Source: Croceibacterium sp. (GTDB lineage: Bacteria > Pseudomonadota > Alphaproteobacteria > Sphingomonadales > Sphingomonadaceae). From it: a DNA stretch of 42,444 bases. Where the stretch lies: NCBI GenBank assembly GCA_036519255.1, contig DATDLP010000013.1, positions 1 to 42,444 of the forward strand. The letters run 5' to 3'. Positions 37,489-42,444 of the stretch are shown here, piece by piece. Position 1 is the first letter of the stretch. The number at the start of each line of letters is the position of its first letter. The position numbers were made by a program, and so were the translations under genes. The notes below the pieces were generated by a model. The model did not search any database, had not been told where the DNA came from, and saw only the letters and a list, made by a program, of their open reading frames with translations.

Positions 37489-38381
37489 GTGGTCGCCGAG
37501 ACGAACAGCAGCACGACCCCCGCCATCACCGTCAGGAGCCCCACGATCTCGTGCCTGGGCATCGCCCTGCCTGTCAGCCTCCGCGACAGCAGCGCCGCCA
37601 ACGGCATCTCGACCACGCCGAGCGTGCGGACGTTGGCAGCCGGCGTCAGCGAAAAGGCGATGAACCAGCAGGCCGACGCGAGCGCGCCGAGAAAGCCGGC
37701 CGCCAGGCTCGAGCGCCATTCGCGCAGCGACGCCACGAACGCCTGCCGGTCGCGCGCGAGCAGCCATCCACCGAGCAGCGCCGACTGGATCGTCAGCGAC
37801 GCGACCAGAATGGTCAGCGAACGCAGGATGAAGCCGCCGCTTTCCAGCGCTTCGATCGCTGCGCGAAAGCCGATCGACGACAGGCCGAACAGCCCGCCCG
37901 CGGCAACTCCCGCAGCGATCATCCGCCCTTCGGACACGAGCTTGCGGAACTCGCCGGGCGCGACCGAGGCGACGACCACGCCGACCGTGACGATCGCGAT
38001 CGCGGCCCAGCCGAGCGCCGGCAAGTGATCGGCCAGAACGACCACCCCGAGCACCGCCACCAGCACCGGTTCGGTCTTGATGTAGGCATAAGCGACGCCG
38101 AACGCCCGGCGGTGCATCACCAGCAGCATCAACGCGGTTGCGGCGATCTGGACGACGGCGCCGAGGATGGTCCAGCGCCAGGCAGCCGAAGACATCGCCG
38201 GCAACGAGGCGTCGTCCTGCCACACTGCCGAGGCGAGCAGGAGCGCTGCGAACGGCAGCCCGAACACAAACCTCACCTGGGTCGCGCCGAGCGTGCCGAT
38301 CTTGCCGGTCAGCGACGCTTGCGTGCCATTGCGCAGGACCTGTGCGGCCGCACCGGCAAGCGTGAATGGCACCCAGAGCAA
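37485..38381 (-). CDS. DMT/EamA family transporter
   Basis: About ten TM segments, GATQVRFVFGLP, AYIKTEP and VRTLGVVE. Confidence 0.85.
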   Translation of the reverse strand: MLWVPFTLAGAAAQVLRNGTQASLTGKIGTLGATQVRFVFGLPFAALLLASAVWQDDASLPAMSSAAWRWTILGAVVQIAATALMLLVMHRRAFGVAYAYIKTEPVLVAVLGVVVLADHLPALGWAAIAIVTVGVVVASVAPGEFRKLVSEGRMIAAGVAAGGLFGLSSIGFRAAIEALESGGFILRSLTILVASLTIQSALLGGWLLARDRQAFVASLREWRSSLAAGFLGALASACWFIAFSLTPAANVRTLGVVEMPLAALLSRRLTGRAMPRHEIVGLLTVMAGVVLLFVSATT

Positions 38382-38387
38382 TGCGCG

Positions 38388-40208
38388 CTATTCCACCTCG
38401 AACAGGTCGGCCAATTGCTCGATGATCGTCCCGCCGAGCTGCTCGACATCCATGATCGTCACCGCGCGTTTGTAGTACCGCGTCACGTCGTGGCCGATGC
38501 CGATCGCAACGAGCTGCACCGGGCTCTGCTTCTCGATCCAGTCGATCACCTTGCGCAAGTGCGTCTCGAGGTACCCCGCCGAGTTCACGCTCAGCGTCGA
38601 ATCGTCGACCGGCGCGCCGTCGGAGATGACCATCAGGATGCGCCGGTCCTCGGGCCGCGCGAGCAGGCGGTTGTGCGCCCAGATCAGCGCCTCGCCGTCG
38701 ATGTTCTCCTTGAGCAGCCCTTCGCGCATCATCAGCCCGAGGCTCTTGCGCGCGCGGCGCATCGGCTCGTCGGCCTTCTTGTAGATGATGTGGCGCAAGT
38801 CGTTGAGCCGGCCCGGCTGCGCGGGCTTGCCGCCGGCGAGCCACTTCTCGCGCCCCTGCCCGCCCTTCCACGCGCGGGTGGTGAAGCCGAGGATCTCGAC
38901 CTTGACCCCGCAGCGCTCGAGCGTGCGCGCCATGATGTCGGCGCTGATCGCGGCAATGCTGATCGGCCGTCCGCGCATCGAGCCCGAGTTGTCGATCAGC
39001 AGCGTGACCACGGTGTCCTTGAACTCCTGGTCGCGCTCGACCTTGTAGCTCAGCGAATGGCCCGGCGTGATGACGACGCGGGCGAGCCGCGCGGCGTCGA
39101 GCAGGCCTTCCTCCTGGTCGAAGTCCCACGAGCGGTTCTGCTGCGCCATCAGCCGCCGCTGCAGCCGGTTCGCCAGCCGGGTGACCACGCCCTGCAGCCC
39201 GGTGAGCTGGCTGTCGAGATAGGCGCGGAGGCGGTCGAGCTCCTCGTAGTCGCACAGCTCGGTCGCCTCGACGACCTCGTCGAACTCCTCGGTAAAGACC
39301 TTGTAGTCGAAGCTCTCGGGCAAGTCGGTCCACGGGCGGTTGGGCCGGACGGGCATCATGCCCTCCTCGCCCTCGTCGCCGGGCTCGCCTTCGGACATCT
39401 CGGTTTCGGATTCGACCTGCTCGGTGGTCTCCTCCTCGCCCTCGCCTTCGCCGCTGTCGCCGGCGATCTGCTCCTGGCGCAGCTCGGTGCTGCCGTCCTC
39501 GTCGTCGTCGTCCGAGTCCTGCTCGTCGCCGCCCGTCTCGTCCTCGCCGTCCTCGTCGTCGCCGGCCTCGTCGACCGGCTCGGCCTCGACCAGCTCGAGG
39601 TGGCGCAGCATGTCGACCGCGAGCGACTGGAACGCCTTCTGGTCGTCAAGCGTGAGCGCGAGGCGCTCGAAGTCGTCGCCGGTGCGGCTCTCGACGAACT
39701 CGCGCAGCAGCTCGACCCCTTCGCGTGCCGCGGCGGGCGCCGGCTGGCCGGTCAGCTGCTCGCGCAGCATCAGTGCGAGCGCGGTATGCATCGGCACGGC
39801 CTCCGCACTCTGCGCGCGCGCGATCGGGTCGCTCACCAGCCGCAGCTCGATCGCCGAGGCCAGATTGTCGCGCATTCCCGCGTAGTTGTTCTCGCCCAGC
39901 GCCTCGTAGCGGACGCGCTCGATCGCGTCGTAGCATGCGCGCGCCTCGGGCTCGGCCGGCATGCCGCGGCGGTGCAGCGCCTCGTCGTGGTGGCGCAGGC
40001 GCAGCGCGAAGCTGTCGGCGAAGCCGCGCGCCTCGCGCGCCTGGTCACGCGGCAGGGTGCGGCCGGGCATCGGCACCCGCAGCGACTTGCCCTGCAGCGC
40101 CGGAGTATCGGAGGTCCAGGCAACCTCGGCCTCGGAATCGCGTCCTATCGCCCGCGCGGCGCCTGTCAGCACGGTCTTGAAGCGGTCGAGAGGGGATTCG
40201 TCGGGCAT
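38388..40208 (-). CDS. cobT: Cobaltochelatase subunit CobT
   Basis: [14 protein letters not shown], acidic linker, [11 protein letters not shown], v[25 protein letters not shown] and ISDGAPVDD. Confidence 0.93.
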   Translation of the reverse strand: MPDESPLDRFKTVLTGAARAIGRDSEAEVAWTSDTPALQGKSLRVPMPGRTLPRDQAREARGFADSFALRLRHHDEALHRRGMPAEPEARACYDAIERVRYEALGENNYAGMRDNLASAIELRLVSDPIARAQSAEAVPMHTALALMLREQLTGQPAPAAAREGVELLREFVESRTGDDFERLALTLDDQKAFQSLAVDMLRHLELVEAEPVDEAGDDEDGEDETGGDEQDSDDDDEDGSTELRQEQIAGDSGEGEGEEETTEQVESETEMSEGEPGDEGEEGMMPVRPNRPWTDLPESFDYKVFTEEFDEVVEATELCDYEELDRLRAYLDSQLTGLQGVVTRLANRLQRRLMAQQNRSWDFDQEEGLLDAARLARVVITPGHSLSYKVERDQEFKDTVVTLLIDNSGSMRGRPISIAAISADIMARTLERCGVKVEILGFTTRAWKGGQGREKWLAGGKPAQPGRLNDLRHIIYKKADEPMRRARKSLGLMMREGLLKENIDGEALIWAHNRLLARPEDRRILMVISDGAPVDDSTLSVNSAGYLETHLRKVIDWIEKQSPVQLVAIGIGHDVTRYYKRAVTIMDVEQLGGTIIEQLADLFEVE

Positions 40209-40263
40209 TGCAATGCGATCGTTGCGGGTTTCTCGGCTGGCGCGTTGGCGTATAGGGCCCGCC

Positions 40264-40911
40264 ATGCGCTGCACAACCGCCTTTTCGGCCTCGGCGGCCC
40301 TGCTCGCCGGCGCGTGGGCGGCGTTACCGGCACGCGCGGCGGAAGAGGATTTTCAGCTGTGGATCAGCGAGTCGGTCTCGACGCCGCTATCGCCCGACAC
40401 CCAGGGCACGCTCGATCTGTCGCAGCGCGTGCGCGAGAACGGCGACCAGCTCCTCGCGCGCGGTACCGCCGAGTTGCGGCTGTCGGACAACGCCGTGGCG
40501 GGCGGCGGTGTGGCCTACGTCTCGACGATCGGTGCGGCCGACGAGTTCCGCCCGCACCAGCAGCTCACGCTCACGTACGGACCGCTGACCTTGCGGACGC
40601 GCGTCGAGCAGCGGTTCTTCGAGCACGCCGACCGGATGGAGCTGCGGCTGCGCCAGCGGGTCGGCCTGACGATCCCAGCCTCGCGCAACCTCCGGGCCGG
40701 ACTGGCCGGTGAGCTGCTGTACGCCGCCCAGTCGCAGGATTCGGCGCAGTGCCCACACGTCGACCAGTGGCGCGCCAACGCCACGGTCACGCGGACGCTT
40801 GGCAGCCAGCTCGAAGGCACCATCGGTTACCTGGCGATCCTGTCGCCTCGCGAAGGGCGGCCGGACCGGCTGAGCCACGTCGCGCAGGTTTCGCTTACCT
40901 TGCGACGGTGA
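40264..40911 (+). CDS. DUF2490 family outer-membrane beta-barrel protein
   Basis: Signal peptide, [22 protein letters not shown] and RLRQR; alternating beta-strand pattern. Confidence 0.8.
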   Translation: MRCTTAFSASAALLAGAWAALPARAAEEDFQLWISESVSTPLSPDTQGTLDLSQRVRENGDQLLARGTAELRLSDNAVAGGGVAYVSTIGAADEFRPHQQLTLTYGPLTLRTRVEQRFFEHADRMELRLRQRVGLTIPASRNLRAGLAGELLYAAQSQDSAQCPHVDQWRANATVTRTLGSQLEGTIGYLAILSPREGRPDRLSHVAQVSLTLRR

Positions 40912-40919
40912 CCATAGGG

Positions 40920-41609
40920 CTAGAACCCCGCTCCGCCGCCGAATGCCTCGATGAGCACCGGATCGCGCGTCGCCCGCGGATCGGCGCGGATCGCGGCTTC
41001 CTCGCGCGCGATCTCACCCCAGATCGCACTGTCCACCTCGCCGGCGAAAGTCGTCGCTACGCCTCCGACATCGACCCCGGTGAGCCCCGCGAGGAGTTGG
41101 CCGATCAACGGATCCTGCGCCACGCGCAGCGCCTCGCCGACGCCGGGAACCATTGCCTCGATCAGCGCCGTGCCCATCTCCTGCCGCAGGAACGCCGAGG
41201 CTGCGGTCGGTCCGCCGCGGATCAGGTCGATCGCGTTGGCGTAGCCTACCGTTCGCACCGCATCTGCCACGATCGGCGCGGCACGGTACGAGGCATCGAC
41301 CGCCATCTCGGCGACCACGCCCTCGAGCCGCGATTTGAAGAGCGTCGAGGTGAGGATGTTCGCCAGCACGTTGCCGCGGTTGCCGAAGAACCCGTTGAGA
41401 CCGATCTGCGCGACCTGCTGGTCCCAGTAGCCGCCCGGCGCGGTAAGCCGCGCAAAAGCGTTCTCGGTCGACACGAGCAGGAGGCGCCGGATTGCCTCGG
41501 TGAAGCTGAACACGCCGGTGGTGGCGCAGCCGGGAAGCACCAGCGCTGCACTGGCGGCGAGCGAGCCGGCAAGGAAGATACGGCGGGAATGGATCGAATT
41601 GCGGGGCAT
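40920..41609 (-). CDS. DUF4197 family lipoprotein (Tat-like signal)
   Basis: SRRIFL plus LPGC lipobox, AAPIVADAVR, IRGGPTAA and IAREEAAIRADP. Confidence 0.8.
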   Translation of the reverse strand: MPRNSIHSRRIFLAGSLAASAALVLPGCATTGVFSFTEAIRRLLLVSTENAFARLTAPGGYWDQQVAQIGLNGFFGNRGNVLANILTSTLFKSRLEGVVAEMAVDASYRAAPIVADAVRTVGYANAIDLIRGGPTAASAFLRQEMGTALIEAMVPGVGEALRVAQDPLIGQLLAGLTGVDVGGVATTFAGEVDSAIWGEIAREEAAIRADPRATRDPVLIEAFGGGAGF

Positions 41610-41677
41610 CTCTCAAGCCTTTTCATCTCGAGCGCTTGCCCCGTTACCAAGCGCCCGCCCATATAGGGCGGCTGCAC

Positions 41678-42442
41678 ATGAACCGCGCCCGACTGATCAT
41701 CTTCAACGCCGCGCTCGGTCCGCTCGATTACCGCGTTCCGGAGGGGATGGAGGTCGAGCCGGGCGCGGTCGTGGTCGCCCCGCTCGGACCCCGCCAGATC
41801 GTGGGAATCGTCTGGGAGGCCGAACGGCTGCCCGCCACCGAGGTTCCGGATTCGAAGCTGCGCCCGCTGCTCGCGGTGCTGCCGGTGCCGCCGCTCAGGG
41901 CCGAGCTGCGGCGGCTGATCGAATGGACCGCCGACTATTATTGCGCCTCACTCGCCTCGGTCGCGCGGATGGTGCTGGCGAGCGGCGGCGCGCTGCGCGG
42001 GCCGGCCACGACGATCGAGTATCGGCTGACCGGCGGCATGCCCGAACGCATGACGCCACAACGCATTGCCGCGATCGAGGCGCTCGAAGGCGAGCAGGCG
42101 ACGATCCGCGAGCTGGCAGGGATCGCCGGCGTCAGCGAGGGCGTGCTGCGCGGGTTGGTCAACCAGGGCGTGCTCGAACCGGTCGAGGTCGATTGCGACC
42201 GCCCGTACCCGCGCGCGAGTGCCGGCTTCGCGCAACCCGAGCTGACTGCGGACCAGCAGGAGGCGGCCGATCGGCTGGTAGCGTCGGTGCGGCGGAGCGC
42301 TTTCGCGCCGTTCCTGCTCGACGGGGTGACCGGATCGGGCAAGACCGAGTGCTACTTCGAGGCGATCGCCGCGGCGCTCCGGTCCGGTGGCCAGGTGCTC
42401 GTCCTGCTCCCGGAGATCGCCCTGACCGAGACTTTCCTCCGC
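41678..42442 (+). CDS. priA: Primosomal protein N' (3'-truncated by the window)
   Basis: LDYRVP...VVAPLGPRQIVGIV, LIEWTADYY, LLDGVTGSGKTE and LVLLPEIALT. Confidence 0.95.
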   Translation, partial: MNRARLIIFNAALGPLDYRVPEGMEVEPGAVVVAPLGPRQIVGIVWEAERLPATEVPDSKLRPLLAVLPVPPLRAELRRLIEWTADYYCASLASVARMVLASGGALRGPATTIEYRLTGGMPERMTPQRIAAIEALEGEQATIRELAGIAGVSEGVLRGLVNQGVLEPVEVDCDRPYPRASAGFAQPELTADQQEAADRLVASVRRSAFAPFLLDGVTGSGKTECYFEAIAAALRSGGQVLVLLPEIALTETFLR

Positions 42443-42444
42443 CG

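Noticed and set aside
35631-40712. 1693-aa plus-strand ORF and other long ORFs (12004-14652 -, 18002-20674 -, 15150-16937 -, the 5' part of 26720-29338 +)
   Set aside because: Antisense or off-frame shadows of well-supported genes in high-GC DNA; no recognisable motifs.

Overview
High-GC alphaproteobacterial chromosomal window, most consistent with Sphingomonadales/Erythrobacteraceae (judged from the rpmF-plsX-fabH-ihfA-merR order, the DinG-SixA pair and sphingomonad-type palindromic repeats; no search was run). From left to right it holds: (1) the 3' part of a G8/CEMIP-TMEM2-like protein; (2) a ~5.5 kb general-stress-response island with several sigma-EcfG-type GGAAC-N16/17-GTT promoters, covering a DUF892 ferritin-like gene, a YqcI/YcgG (GntA/DcsA-like) plus DUF1989 pair, small hydrophilic proteins and an SRPBCC-Zn ADH-SDR operon; (3) a YtrA-type GntR/ABC operon followed by an M16 peptidase whose start codon appears to be ACG; (4) a tandem-MoaF / Tat-SnoaL / tannase-feruloyl esterase cluster; (5) mostly core genes (dinG-like helicase, sixA, asd, merR, ihfA, fabH, plsX, rpmF, cysS, cobT, priA) interspersed with hydrolases, an orphan barstar-like gene and a phage-free CI/Cro-like switch. 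The strongest unannotated signals are a palindromic bidirectional stress promoter feeding a putative guanidine N-hydroxylase/deiminase pair, and a leaderless Thr/Ile leader-peptide attenuator upstream of asd. No rRNA, tRNA, CRISPR array or transposase was seen. All family calls come from motif recognition by eye.
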